DNA of 64,000 nt, from contig DATMNC010000088.1 of assembly GCA_035569395.1 (NCBI GenBank), positions 69,603-133,602 of the forward strand, read 5' to 3'. Every line of letters starts with the position of its first letter. Position 1 is the stretch's first letter. The translations under genes were made by a program, and so were the position numbers. The DNA comes from Thermoanaerobaculia bacterium (lineage in GTDB: Bacteria; Acidobacteriota; Thermoanaerobaculia; Gp7-AA8). This document shows positions 28,747-37,441 of this stretch, piece by piece. The notes under the pieces are model-generated. The model had not been told where the DNA came from and searched no databases. It saw only the letters and a program-made list of their open reading frames with translations.

Positions 28747-28837
28747 GGCCTTGCCAGAAGCACCCGTGGAGAGTGTGATATTCCGTCAAGGCATCTGTTG
28801 TGCATGTCTCCGTTCCGTGGTCCAAACCGGTGAAGAC

Positions 28838-29275
28838 GTGGCGAACGAACCTCCCTATTGTGTATTGGTCGTCGATGACGACCCCAGCATCCGCCGTATG
28901 ATCGTGGCGGCACTCAAGCGAGACGGCTACGTCTTCCATGAGGCACCCAACGGGAAGGAAGCGCTCGACCTGATGCGGCGCGAGCACCCCAACGTAGTCG
29001 TTCTCGACCTGATGATGCCCGTCCTCTCCGGATGGGACGTACTCCAGGCTCGCGAGCTCGAGCCCGATCTGAAGAAGATCCCGGTCATCATCATCAGCGC
29101 CAATCGCGCGCCCGAGGTGGCTACGGCGGTGGACAAAGGCATCTGCGCCTTCCTGCCGAAGCCGTTCGACATCGGTGCACTGAGCGCGCTGGTGCGAAGC
29201 TGTCTCCCCCTGAACAGCCCGGCGCGTACCACCGTCCCTTCCCCGTCTGACGAGGCAAAAGCGCCCGTCTGCTGA
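28838..29275 (+). CDS. Single-domain response regulator (CheY-like receiver)
   Basis: VLVVDDD...VLDLMMP...K receiver motifs. Start is uncertain; the GTG at 28838 is used. Confidence 0.6.
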   Translation: MANEPPYCVLVVDDDPSIRRMIVAALKRDGYVFHEAPNGKEALDLMRREHPNVVVLDLMMPVLSGWDVLQARELEPDLKKIPVIIISANRAPEVATAVDKGICAFLPKPFDIGALSALVRSCLPLNSPARTTVPSPSDEAKAPVC

Positions 29276-29295
29276 GGCCTGCTACCATTCACGCC

Positions 29296-29787
29296 ATGTG
29301 GGTGTGCATCATCATCGGCAGCGATTCCGATGCCGAGGTCATGACGCAGGCGTGCGCGGCACTCGATGAGATGGGTGTGGCGTACGAGATGAAAGTCGCC
29401 TCGGCGCACCGGAGTCCCGAGCGGACCAGGCATGTCATCACGGACGCCGAGCGCGACGGCGCGGGAGTATTCATCGCAGGCGCCGGAATGGCGGCGCATC
29501 TGCCGGGCGTGGTTGCATCATTCACCACAAAACCGGTCATCGGCGTACCGCTGGCCGGAGGGGCGCTGCAAGGTATCGACGCGCTGTTCGCCGTCGTGCA
29601 GATGCCTCCGGGGATTCCCGTGGCGACGGTCGCGGTCGGCGGCGCCCGAAACGCCGGCATTCTCGCGGCGCAGATCATCGCACTGACAGACGAGAGCCTC
29701 GCGGCGCGGTTGCGCGAACAGCGAGTCTCGATGGCGGAGACGGTGGCGCAGAAGTCGAAGAAGGTCGAGCGGTCGACGAGGCCGTAG
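29296..29787 (+). CDS. purE: 5-(carboxyamino)imidazole ribonucleotide mutase
   Basis: IIIGSDSD and AGMAAHLPG motifs. Confidence 0.9.
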   Translation: MWVCIIIGSDSDAEVMTQACAALDEMGVAYEMKVASAHRSPERTRHVITDAERDGAGVFIAGAGMAAHLPGVVASFTTKPVIGVPLAGGALQGIDALFAVVQMPPGIPVATVAVGGARNAGILAAQIIALTDESLAARLREQRVSMAETVAQKSKKVERSTRP

Positions 29788-29794
29788 GTGAACG

Positions 29795-29878
29795 TGGATT
29801 GGTAGATTAGTAGATCAGGCTGGCGGTAGGTTGCTTCTGATCTACTCATCCACTAATCCACTAATCTACTGATCCACT
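29795..29878. promoter_or_regulatory. AT-rich imperfect palindrome upstream of the CDF transporter gene
   Basis: GTGGATTGGTAGATTAGTAGATCAG / CTGATCTACTCATCCACTAATCCAC arms match at 20 of 25 positions with a 19-bp spacer, plus TAATCTACTGATCCAC. Low GC relative to the surrounding sequence. Confidence 0.45.
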
Positions 29879-29883
29879 TCTTC

Positions 29884-30804
29884 ATGTCCGACCACCACCA
29901 TCATCACGAGCCCGGCAGCGCGGTCGTATCGCGCAAGCTGATCATCGCTTCGACTGCCACCGCGGTCTTCGTCGCGGTCGAAGTAACCGTCGGCATTCGC
30001 GCCAACTCTCTAGCCCTCATCGGCGACGCGCTGCACAACGTCACCGACACGCTGGCGCTTCTGCTGGCGCTGTTTGCGGTCCGCGTTGAGCGGCGGCCGG
30101 CCACGAGCGCGAAATCGTACGGATGGCATCGCGCCGGCGTTCTGGCCGCCTTCATCAACGCCGGCGCGCTGGCGGCGTTCACGATCTTTCTTTTCGTGGA
30201 GGCGGCGGAGCGGCTGCGCGCTCCTGCCAGCGTGAACAGCAAAGCCATGCTCATCACGGCCGCCGCGGCACTGGTTCTCAACGGCTCGATCACACTCTGG
30301 CTTCGCAGCCATGGCCGGCACGATCTCAACATCCGCGGCGCAGTGCTTCATATGCTCGGAGACGCGCTCTCCTCGGTGGGCATCATGGGCGCGGCAATTC
30401 TGATCGCTGTCACGGGCAGACAGTTCTGGGACCCGGCCGTCTCGATCGCCATCGGTGTGCTGATCCTCTGGAGCAGTTGGGGGATTCTGCGCGAAGCGAT
30501 CAACTTGTTGCTCGAGGGCACCCCCGCCGGAATCGACCCGGACGATGTGACCCGTGCGATTGCAGCGCTTGAAGGCGTCGACGGCGTCCATCACCTTCAC
30601 ATCTGGGCCCTCGGTCCATCCCGGCCGGCGTTGTCGTGTCACCTCATGGTCGGCGACATCCCGGTGCGATCGACAGGCAACGTCCTGGCCCAGGTCAACG
30701 AGTTGCTGGCACACGAGTACGGCATCGCCCACACGACGATCCAGTTCGAATTCGCCAATTGCGACACCGACGATCCGTACTGCGTACCGTACGGAGAGGC
30801 GTAG
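29884..30804 (+). CDS. czcD: Cation diffusion facilitator family metal efflux transporter
   Basis: His-rich N-terminus MSDHHHHHE, six TM helices, and the CDF signature HxxxD (HMLGDALSS). Confidence 0.85.
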   Translation: MSDHHHHHEPGSAVVSRKLIIASTATAVFVAVEVTVGIRANSLALIGDALHNVTDTLALLLALFAVRVERRPATSAKSYGWHRAGVLAAFINAGALAAFTIFLFVEAAERLRAPASVNSKAMLITAAAALVLNGSITLWLRSHGRHDLNIRGAVLHMLGDALSSVGIMGAAILIAVTGRQFWDPAVSIAIGVLILWSSWGILREAINLLLEGTPAGIDPDDVTRAIAALEGVDGVHHLHIWALGPSRPALSCHLMVGDIPVRSTGNVLAQVNELLAHEYGIAHTTIQFEFANCDTDDPYCVPYGEA

Positions 30805-30957
30805 CGCTGCGCCTGCGGCGCGTTCTCTGCGGCTTCGCCGCGTTGTCGGTTGTCTGCGCGCCGCGCGTGGTCTGTTGTTCACTCTTCGGTCTTGACCACG
30901 CGCGAAGCGCAATCAACTGACAACGCGGCGAAGCCGCAGACAACGCGCGCAGCGCAG
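30805..30957. repeat. Family-2 hairpin repeat (two CTGCGGCTTCGCCGCGTTGTC / GACAACGCGGCGAAGCCGCAG arms)
   Basis: Inverted arms at about 30835-30860 and 30915-30945, between convergent czcD and the mglA-like gene. Confidence 0.7.
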
Positions 30958-31938
30958 TTACATTTTCGCGCGCAAGGCAGCTTCATGCGCACGCGCACGA
31001 TCGAGCGCCTTTTCGAGGTCGCGGACGACTTCGCTCGCGGAGGCCAGCAGCGATTGCAGTTCGACGCGCTCGGCGACGGCGTCGTGGTCTTCCGTGGCCC
31101 TGGCAGCGAAGGGATCTTCCAGGTGGGCCGGCTCGACTTCGACGGCCACGATGGCGCCGAACGGATCTTCCTCTTCCGCCGCGGTGGCGGCGTCGATCGG
31201 CTCGACATCGAATGGCGACACGGTCACCGTCTCGTCGGCATCGAACGTCGATTTCATCGACAGCTTCGGGGTTCCCGCCGACGACGCCGTGACGCCCGAC
31301 TTTGCGGTCATGTCCGGCGCACCGAGCGCCGGCTCTTCGTGCAGCGTTGTGTCGACGTTGTTCCTCAGATTGTCGAGGATGCGCGCCACGGCGGCGCGGA
31401 GCGTGGCCGTGACACCGGCACCGTTGATCGCTGACGCCTCGACGGTCGGGATACCGTTCGGATTCAAGTACTCGTTCATCGCCTCGACCGAGTCGACGTT
31501 CGGCAGATCGCGCTTGTTGTACTGGTAGACCAGCGCCACCTTCCCCGGATCGATGCGGTTGATGCGGAGATTCGCCTTCAGATTGTCCAGGCTGTCGAGA
31601 TTGGAGTCGCGCATCGACGACTGGGAGTCGGCCACGAATACGACGCCGTCCGCGCCGCGCAGCACCAGCTTGCGCGTGGCGTCATAGAAGACCTGACCCG
31701 GCACGGTGTAGAGCTGTACGCGCACCTTCTGGCCACCGATGGTGCCGAGCTCCATCGGCATGAAGTCGAAGAAGAGAGTGCGGTCCGTCTCCGTCGACAT
31801 CGAGATCATCTTGCCCTTGTTATCGAGCTTCGGATTCCCGTAGATCTTCTCCAGATTGGTCGTTTTGCCGCAGAGTCCAGGCCCGTAGTAAACGAGCTTG
31901 ACCGTCACCTCGTTGATCGCCTTGTTGATAAGGACCAT
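30958..31938 (-). CDS. MglA-family Ras-like small GTPase with a roughly 130-aa acidic C-terminal extension
   Basis: VKLVYYGPGLCGKTTNLEKIY P-loop, TETDRTLFFDF switch, LYTVPGQVFYDATRKLVLRGADGVVFVADSQ. Start placed at MVLINKAIN. No mglB/roadblock gene is adjacent. Confidence 0.7.
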   Translation of the reverse strand: MVLINKAINEVTVKLVYYGPGLCGKTTNLEKIYGNPKLDNKGKMISMSTETDRTLFFDFMPMELGTIGGQKVRVQLYTVPGQVFYDATRKLVLRGADGVVFVADSQSSMRDSNLDSLDNLKANLRINRIDPGKVALVYQYNKRDLPNVDSVEAMNEYLNPNGIPTVEASAINGAGVTATLRAAVARILDNLRNNVDTTLHEEPALGAPDMTAKSGVTASSAGTPKLSMKSTFDADETVTVSPFDVEPIDAATAAEEEDPFGAIVAVEVEPAHLEDPFAARATEDHDAVAERVELQSLLASASEVVRDLEKALDRARAHEAALRAKM

Positions 31939-32146
31939 GGGGATCGTTAGCTTACTACGAGGTTGCGGGGTCTCGGGGTTGCGCGGTCTCGCGGGTGGAT
32001 CGGTTGCTGGGTTGCTGCGGTGGGAGATCCTATCGGTTCCCAATTACTGCCCGAAGCACTGAGCAACCCAGAAACCCAGCAACCACACACCGCGAAACCC
32101 GCGCAACCTCGAGACCCCGCAACCCCATCCGCGATATCCTTTCCCC
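31939..32146. repeat. Family-1 compound nested hairpin repeat (outer GGTTGCGGGGTCTCGGGGTTGCGCGGTCTCGCGGG..., inner GGTTGCTGGGTTGCTGCGG ... CTGAGCAACCCAGAAACCCAGCAACC)
   Basis: About 200 bp of nested inverted repeats in the divergent gap between the mglA-like gene and the aldolase gene. Confidence 0.7.
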
Positions 32147-32824
32147 ATGTCCCGCAAAGAACTGTTCGAAAAAGTGTCGATGGAGCAGATCATCGGCGTC
32201 GTGCGCGAGGAAAGCGTCGAGGCCGCGGAGTCGGTCGCCGAGGCGTATGCGCGAAATGGGATACGCATCCTCGAGGTGACGTTGACGACTCCTGACGCCT
32301 TCGACCTCATCTCCCGATTCGCGCAGACGTACGCGGCCCTCGACGTCGTCATCGCAGCGGGGACAGTGCGAAACGGGAACGATGCCGCGCAGGCGCGGCG
32401 CGCAGGCGCGCAGATCATCGTCTCTCCGCACACCGACGTTCGCGTGATCGAGTACGCCACGGAAAACGAGCTCCTCTGCATCGCCGGTGCCGGTACCGCC
32501 ACCGAGATCATTCGCGCCTGGGAAGCCGGATGCGACATCGTCAAGGTCTTTCCCGCGCTCTACCTCGGCGGGCCCGACTACATCCGCACGCTCCGCGGCC
32601 CGATCCGGGATGTGGCCATGTTGGCCGGCGGCCCCGTGCCGCTCGACACGATCGAAAGCTATCTCGATGCCGGTTGCATCGCCGTGAATCTCGGCGCGTC
32701 GCTGGCTGTGCCCGACCTGGTGAAGAGCGAGCAGTGGGACGAGATCGGCCGACGTGCCCTGCTGGCAACATCGATCGTGCAGTCGCGCAATGCTGACGTC
32801 GAGTCAGACGTCTACGTCCACTGA
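32147..32824 (+). CDS. eda: KDPG/KHG aldolase family (2-dehydro-3-deoxyphosphogluconate or 4-hydroxy-2-oxoglutarate aldolase)
   Basis: GIRILEVTLTTP, catalytic-Lys region IVKVFPA, about 225 aa. Confidence 0.8.
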   Translation: MSRKELFEKVSMEQIIGVVREESVEAAESVAEAYARNGIRILEVTLTTPDAFDLISRFAQTYAALDVVIAAGTVRNGNDAAQARRAGAQIIVSPHTDVRVIEYATENELLCIAGAGTATEIIRAWEAGCDIVKVFPALYLGGPDYIRTLRGPIRDVAMLAGGPVPLDTIESYLDAGCIAVNLGASLAVPDLVKSEQWDEIGRRALLATSIVQSRNADVESDVYVH

Positions 32825-32826
32825 TC

Positions 32827-34167
32827 GTGAGCGGGCTGATTCAGAAGGCGTACCTCGTTCCGGGGCAACCGCACATTCTGCTCGCGCCCGACCGCAACCC
32901 CGGCTGGGCGTCGCTCAAGCAGAGCTACGAGGCCATCGGCCGTGAAATCGAGCGCTCCGGCGCCGAATTGATGCTGCTCTATTCGACGCAGTGGTTCTCC
33001 GTCATCGGTCATCTTTTTCAGACTGCCGCGAATCCTCAATGGACGCTCGTCGACCAGAACTGGTACGAGCTGGGAGAGATCCCGTACTCGTTCCGCGTCG
33101 ATCCCGAGTTCGGAAAACTCTACGCCGGCGTCTGCAAGGACCTCGGCATGCAGACGGCGACCGTCGACTATCACGGCTTTCCGATCGATACCGGTACCGT
33201 GGTGGCGTTAAAGCTCCTCAACCCGAACGACGCGGTCCCCGCGTCGATGGTGTCGTGCAACATCTACGCGGAGCGCGATGAGACTCGCGCCCTCGGCCGC
33301 GCCGCCCGAGCCGCCATCGACCGCTACGGCAAGAAGACGATCGTCGTGGTGGTCTCAAACCTCTCCAACCGCTATGAGGTCGGCGAGATCGATCCCGCGC
33401 ACGACCACATCTCGTCGTCGAAAGACGACGAGTGGAACCGCAAGATCCTGGAGATGCTCGGCGAAGGGCGGCTCGAGGATGTAGCGCAGGTGGCTCGCGA
33501 GTTCGGCCGCGAGGCCAATGCGGACATGGGCTTCAAAGCCATTTGGTGGCTGGCCGCGCTGGCCGGCGAGAATAACAAGTACGACGGCAAGGTCTGGGAC
33601 TACCAGCCGGTCTGGGGCACGGGAAACGCTCTCGTCGAGCTGACGCCCAACCCGCACAAAGAGCTCGACTTTGAGAAGGAATTCGACGAAGGGCCGGTCG
33701 AGGCAGGCACGGGACTCGAGTCTCACAACGTTGCCGAAGCCGGCCCCGCCAGCGAGATGTCATCACAGGAAGAGTGGCCGGAGGACCGAGCGGTACCGAT
33801 CATGGCCGCAGGTGCCGCATCCCCTGTCGGTGCCTATCCACACGCCCGCCGCGTCGGCGATCTGCTGTTCCTTTCCGGCATCGGGCCGCGGCGGCCGGTC
33901 ACGAATGAGATCCCGGCCGGAATCGAGGCCCAGACCCTGGCCACGATCGACAATGTCCGGGCGATTCTCGAAGCCTCGGGCAGCTCGCTGGAGAAAATTC
34001 TCGATGTGACTGTCTATCTCACAGACATGAAAGGCGACTTCGAGCGGTTCAACCGCGTCTACGCCGAGGTCCTGGGGAAAATTCAACCGACGCGGACGAC
34101 CGTTGGTGTCGACTCGCTGCCCACACCGATCTCAGTCGAGATGAAGATCATCGCCTCCGCACGATGA
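32827..34167 (+). CDS. Fusion protein: LigB-type class III extradiol ring-cleavage dioxygenase (N-terminal) plus RidA/YjgF deaminase (C-terminal)
   Basis: N-terminal about 280 aa starts KAYLVPGQPHILL and has LigB-family His motifs. C-terminal about 125 aa reads AYPHARRVGDLLFLSGIG...TVYLTDMKGDFERFNRVYAEV...VGVDSLP, which is RidA. Confidence 0.65.
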   Translation: MSGLIQKAYLVPGQPHILLAPDRNPGWASLKQSYEAIGREIERSGAELMLLYSTQWFSVIGHLFQTAANPQWTLVDQNWYELGEIPYSFRVDPEFGKLYAGVCKDLGMQTATVDYHGFPIDTGTVVALKLLNPNDAVPASMVSCNIYAERDETRALGRAARAAIDRYGKKTIVVVVSNLSNRYEVGEIDPAHDHISSSKDDEWNRKILEMLGEGRLEDVAQVAREFGREANADMGFKAIWWLAALAGENNKYDGKVWDYQPVWGTGNALVELTPNPHKELDFEKEFDEGPVEAGTGLESHNVAEAGPASEMSSQEEWPEDRAVPIMAAGAASPVGAYPHARRVGDLLFLSGIGPRRPVTNEIPAGIEAQTLATIDNVRAILEASGSSLEKILDVTVYLTDMKGDFERFNRVYAEVLGKIQPTRTTVGVDSLPTPISVEMKIIASAR

Positions 34168-34793
34168 CCCTCATCGACATCTCGCCTCTCATCGACGCCA
34201 CCATCAATGTCTGGCCGGGCGATACACCGTTCGTGCGAACGGTCAACACCGACATGCACACCGGCGCGAACCTGACGCTCAGCGACGTCCGCATGACGCT
34301 GCACGTCGGCGCGCATGCCGATGCGCCGAGCCACTACATCACCGACGGTCCCGACATTGCCTCGCAATGCCTCGATCTCTATCTCGGCCGCTGCGTCGTG
34401 GTCCATGTCGACGTCGCCCGCGGCGACCGGATCCTGCCCGATCATGTCGCCGACAAGGTCGAGGCACTCTCCGCCCCGCGTATCCTTTTCCACACCGGCA
34501 CGTTTCCCGATCACAACCGCTGGAACAACGACTTCGCCAGCCTTTCGCCCGAGCTGGTCGACGATCTCTACCACCACGGTGTGCGTCTGATCGGCATCGA
34601 CACCCCCTCGGTCGATCTATTCGACTCGAAGAGCCTCGAAGCACATCACGCATTCGCCTGGAACAACATGGCCATGCTCGAAGGGCTCATGCTCGAGGGC
34701 GTCGAAGAAGGGGAGTACGAGCTGATCGCGCTACCGCTGCGGATCAGGTGCGCCGATGCAAGCCCGGTGCGAGCGGTGCTAAGGACGTTGTGA
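34164..34793 (+). CDS. kynB: Kynurenine formamidase / cyclase-family arylformamidase
   Basis: VWPGDTPF and HVGAHADAPSHY metal-binding motifs. 4-bp overlap with the upstream gene. Confidence 0.75.
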   Translation: MTLIDISPLIDATINVWPGDTPFVRTVNTDMHTGANLTLSDVRMTLHVGAHADAPSHYITDGPDIASQCLDLYLGRCVVVHVDVARGDRILPDHVADKVEALSAPRILFHTGTFPDHNRWNNDFASLSPELVDDLYHHGVRLIGIDTPSVDLFDSKSLEAHHAFAWNNMAMLEGLMLEGVEEGEYELIALPLRIRCADASPVRAVLRTL

Positions 34794-34798
34794 GGCTG

Positions 34799-35875
34799 TT
34801 ACCGCCGGCTCGGAGATGAGAGTTGTCCGTAGACACCGATCAACCTCTCCGCGGCCTGCTCATACCCAAAACGCTCCGACTGCTCGTACGTCCGGCGACG
34901 CAGCTCCACGATGTCACCGCGCGATACGGCGACCACCTTCGAGGCGGCCGCGTCAGGAGTCCCTGCATCCGCGATCAATGACGGCGCGAGATCGCCGAGC
35001 AGCGCTGTCATCCCCTCGATCGGGAACGTAACCGGTATGACGCCGCAGGCCATCGCCTCGAGCACGGCGCGGTGCCCCTCGTCGGAGCCGCGGGCGGTAA
35101 AAAGAAGGACGTCCGCGGCGCGGTAATGTTCGGCGAGCTCGTCCTCTTGATAGCCGGCCCAGATCACGTCGATGGCCAGATCGCGCGCGAGCACTTCGAG
35201 TGCCGAGCGATGCTCGCCGTGACCAACGATCATCAGACGCGCGTTGGCGATCTCCCGCCGTACGGCCGCGTAGGTTCGCAGCACCTCTTCGAAGCCACGG
35301 CCTTTCGAGAGCTTGCCGATGGCCAGCAATAGCAAGACGTCGGACCCGACGCCGTAGTGGGCGCGGACATCACGTCCGGCGGGGGTGAATTGACGCTGAT
35401 CGATCGGGGGCGGCGTAAACACCGGCGTGCGGTCTCGGATTGGCGAAGCATCGACGAACGAGTCGTTGACGACGCAGATGCCGTCCGCTCGGGCGATCAG
35501 CCATCGCGTGAGCGGATCGCCGCGCAGCACGCGCCGTGCGTGAAACGTTCGCACGATCGCGCTCCTCGTTCCCCGCACAGCGAATTGCGCCAGCCAATGA
35601 TCGTAAGTGAGATGGGCGTGGACGATGTCGAAGCGGTGATGGTCGATGAGCCGGCCGAGCGTGTCGATCGTGCGGGCAAAGGACAGGGGGTTCTGCGCTT
35701 TGGCGATGATGGGGTGCGTGAAGTCAAGGCGATCGATCTTCTTCTGCAGCTTATAGCCGCCGACATAGGCGTAATGTGCATCGATGCCCGCTTGGCGAAG
35801 CGCTTCGGCTTCGGCGAAGGCGAGAGCGGCGGCGCCGGTCCATCGGTTGCCGGCTGCAAGGTGAAGAACTTTCAT
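34799..35875 (-). CDS. Glycosyltransferase family 4 (GT-B)
   Basis: C-terminal EGHRAVLEAMACGVPV motif (E-X7-E region), 358 aa. Confidence 0.75.
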   Translation of the reverse strand: MKVLHLAAGNRWTGAAALAFAEAEALRQAGIDAHYAYVGGYKLQKKIDRLDFTHPIIAKAQNPLSFARTIDTLGRLIDHHRFDIVHAHLTYDHWLAQFAVRGTRSAIVRTFHARRVLRGDPLTRWLIARADGICVVNDSFVDASPIRDRTPVFTPPPIDQRQFTPAGRDVRAHYGVGSDVLLLLAIGKLSKGRGFEEVLRTYAAVRREIANARLMIVGHGEHRSALEVLARDLAIDVIWAGYQEDELAEHYRAADVLLFTARGSDEGHRAVLEAMACGVIPVTFPIEGMTALLGDLAPSLIADAGTPDAAASKVVAVSRGDIVELRRRTYEQSERFGYEQAAERLIGVYGQLSSPSRR

Positions 35876-35967
35876 GAGGTGTCGTGATTGGGCGTACCCG
35901 CGGCCGCGGAGTCGATGACCGCACCACCTCGCAACCGCGAGACCGCGATGTTACACTCCGCGCCGTC
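35876..35967. repeat. Family-1 partial element (CCTCGCAACCGCGAGACCGCG)
   Basis: GCAACCGCGAGACCGCG arm in the divergent gap. Confidence 0.5.
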
Positions 35968-36207
35968 ATGGCACTCCAGCCCCAACTCCTCGAGATCCTG
36001 GCCTGCCCGATCTGCAAAGAGGAGGTCCGGCCCGTACCTCTTTCGGAAGCGCGGCGAGTCACCGTGCGCGACAAATTCCGCGACAAGATGCGCGGCGAGG
36101 AGTTGGGCGTCGAAGAAGGTTTGCAGTGCGTGAAGTGTCACCGCGTCTATCCCATCGTCAGCGACATCCCGGTGATGCTCGTCGACGAAGCCTTCGAAGA
36201 AGCGTGA
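35968..36207 (+). CDS. Trm112 family protein (DUF343)
   Basis: LLEILACPICK...LQCVKCHRVYPIVSDIPVML zinc-ribbon-like Trm112 signature. Start placed at MALQPQLLEIL. Confidence 0.65.
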   Translation: MALQPQLLEILACPICKEEVRPVPLSEARRVTVRDKFRDKMRGEELGVEEGLQCVKCHRVYPIVSDIPVMLVDEAFEEA

Positions 36208-36216
36208 CGCCTGCCC

Positions 36217-37431
36217 GTGTTCCTCGCCCGACGTCTCGGCCTTCCTGAAGAGACGCCCCAGCCGATCGCGCTGGCGGTGCTCTTCTACGTCGGCCATCTC
36301 TTCTGCGCCGGCTGGGTCGCCTCGTCCGAGATCTTCGCGGTTTCGACGATTGCCACCGTCGGCTATCTCCTCTACCGGCGCGTGTTCACGGCGTCCTTTC
36401 ACATCCTCTACATTCCGCTGGCGCTCTACGGCCTCGACTCCACCATCTCGGCATTTGTTGCAGGCCGGCATATTCACTCGTTCGGCGAGGGAGCACTGTG
36501 GGGGAAAATACTGCTCTTTCCCGCGGCGCTGATCCTCTTCCGCAACGTCCCACGAAGCCGCGACGCGGCCATCAAGATGCTTCTCATCTTCGGCGTCTTC
36601 TCATCCGTGTATGGCTTTGTGCAGTATTTTGCGCTCACATCACATCACGATCTCGAGCATCGGATCACCGGCCCTTCGGCCCACGTGATGACTCTTTCCG
36701 GCCTGCTGCTACCGGTAGCTTTGGTTTTTCTCGTGCTCTGGATCTACGACATGCGCAATATATTGCTCGCGATCGGGGTCGTAACGACCCATTTCGCGCT
36801 GCTGCTCACGTTCACGCGCAGCATATGGCTCGGCTGGATCGTGGGGGTGGCGGTCCTCCTGGCGCTGAAATGGCCGAAGGCGCTGGCCTGGGCGGTCCCG
36901 GTGGGGATTCTCGTAATCAGTTTCGCGCCGCTGCCGTTTTTCAGCAGGGTCATTTCCAGCTTCGACGTCCGGCAATCGTCCAATCTCGATCGCATCCGAA
37001 TGGCCCAGGCCGGCATCGAGATCATCAAGGACTACCCGTTGTTCGGTGTGGGGCCGGCCAACGTCAAAGAGTTCTACCCGCTTTACCGCAAGCACGACGC
37101 ACCGCGCTTTCGTATCCCCCATCTTCACAACAACTTCATCCAGCTCTGGGCGGAGCGCGGCGTGCTTGCGCTTGTCGCCTACGTCTTCCTCCAAATCCTT
37201 TTCCTGCGTCAGTGTGGGCGGGCGTGGGGGGGGCCGGCGACAAAGTTCGCCGAGATCGGGGTCGCCGTCGCGGTCGGGTTGGCCTCCGCGGGACTGTTCG
37301 AGTTCAATTTCGGCGACACCGAGGTCTTCTGGATGTTGCTGGACGTGTTCGCCATCGTCACTGCCTTCATCGAACGGCCTCAGGCGTCGAATGAACCTCT
37401 CCCGGAGCCTGTTCTCGAAACAGGTCCGTAA
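36217..37431 (+). CDS. O-antigen ligase / Wzy_C family membrane protein
   Basis: About 10 TM helices; TFTRSIWLGW and HLHNNFIQLWAERG motifs. Confidence 0.65.
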   Translation: MFLARRLGLPEETPQPIALAVLFYVGHLFCAGWVASSEIFAVSTIATVGYLLYRRVFTASFHILYIPLALYGLDSTISAFVAGRHIHSFGEGALWGKILLFPAALILFRNVPRSRDAAIKMLLIFGVFSSVYGFVQYFALTSHHDLEHRITGPSAHVMTLSGLLLPVALVFLVLWIYDMRNILLAIGVVTTHFALLLTFTRSIWLGWIVGVAVLLALKWPKALAWAVPVGILVISFAPLPFFSRVISSFDVRQSSNLDRIRMAQAGIEIIKDYPLFGVGPANVKEFYPLYRKHDAPRFRIPHLHNNFIQLWAERGVLALVAYVFLQILFLRQCGRAWGGPATKFAEIGVAVAVGLASAGLFEFNFGDTEVFWMLLDVFAIVTAFIERPQASNEPLPEPVLETGP

Positions 37432-37441
37432 CCTTTCCAGA

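Noticed and set aside
31939-32146. mglB (roadblock GAP) expected next to the MglA-like gene
   Set aside because: No ORF with a roadblock/LC7-like sequence exists in either flank. The gap is filled by nested repeat elements.
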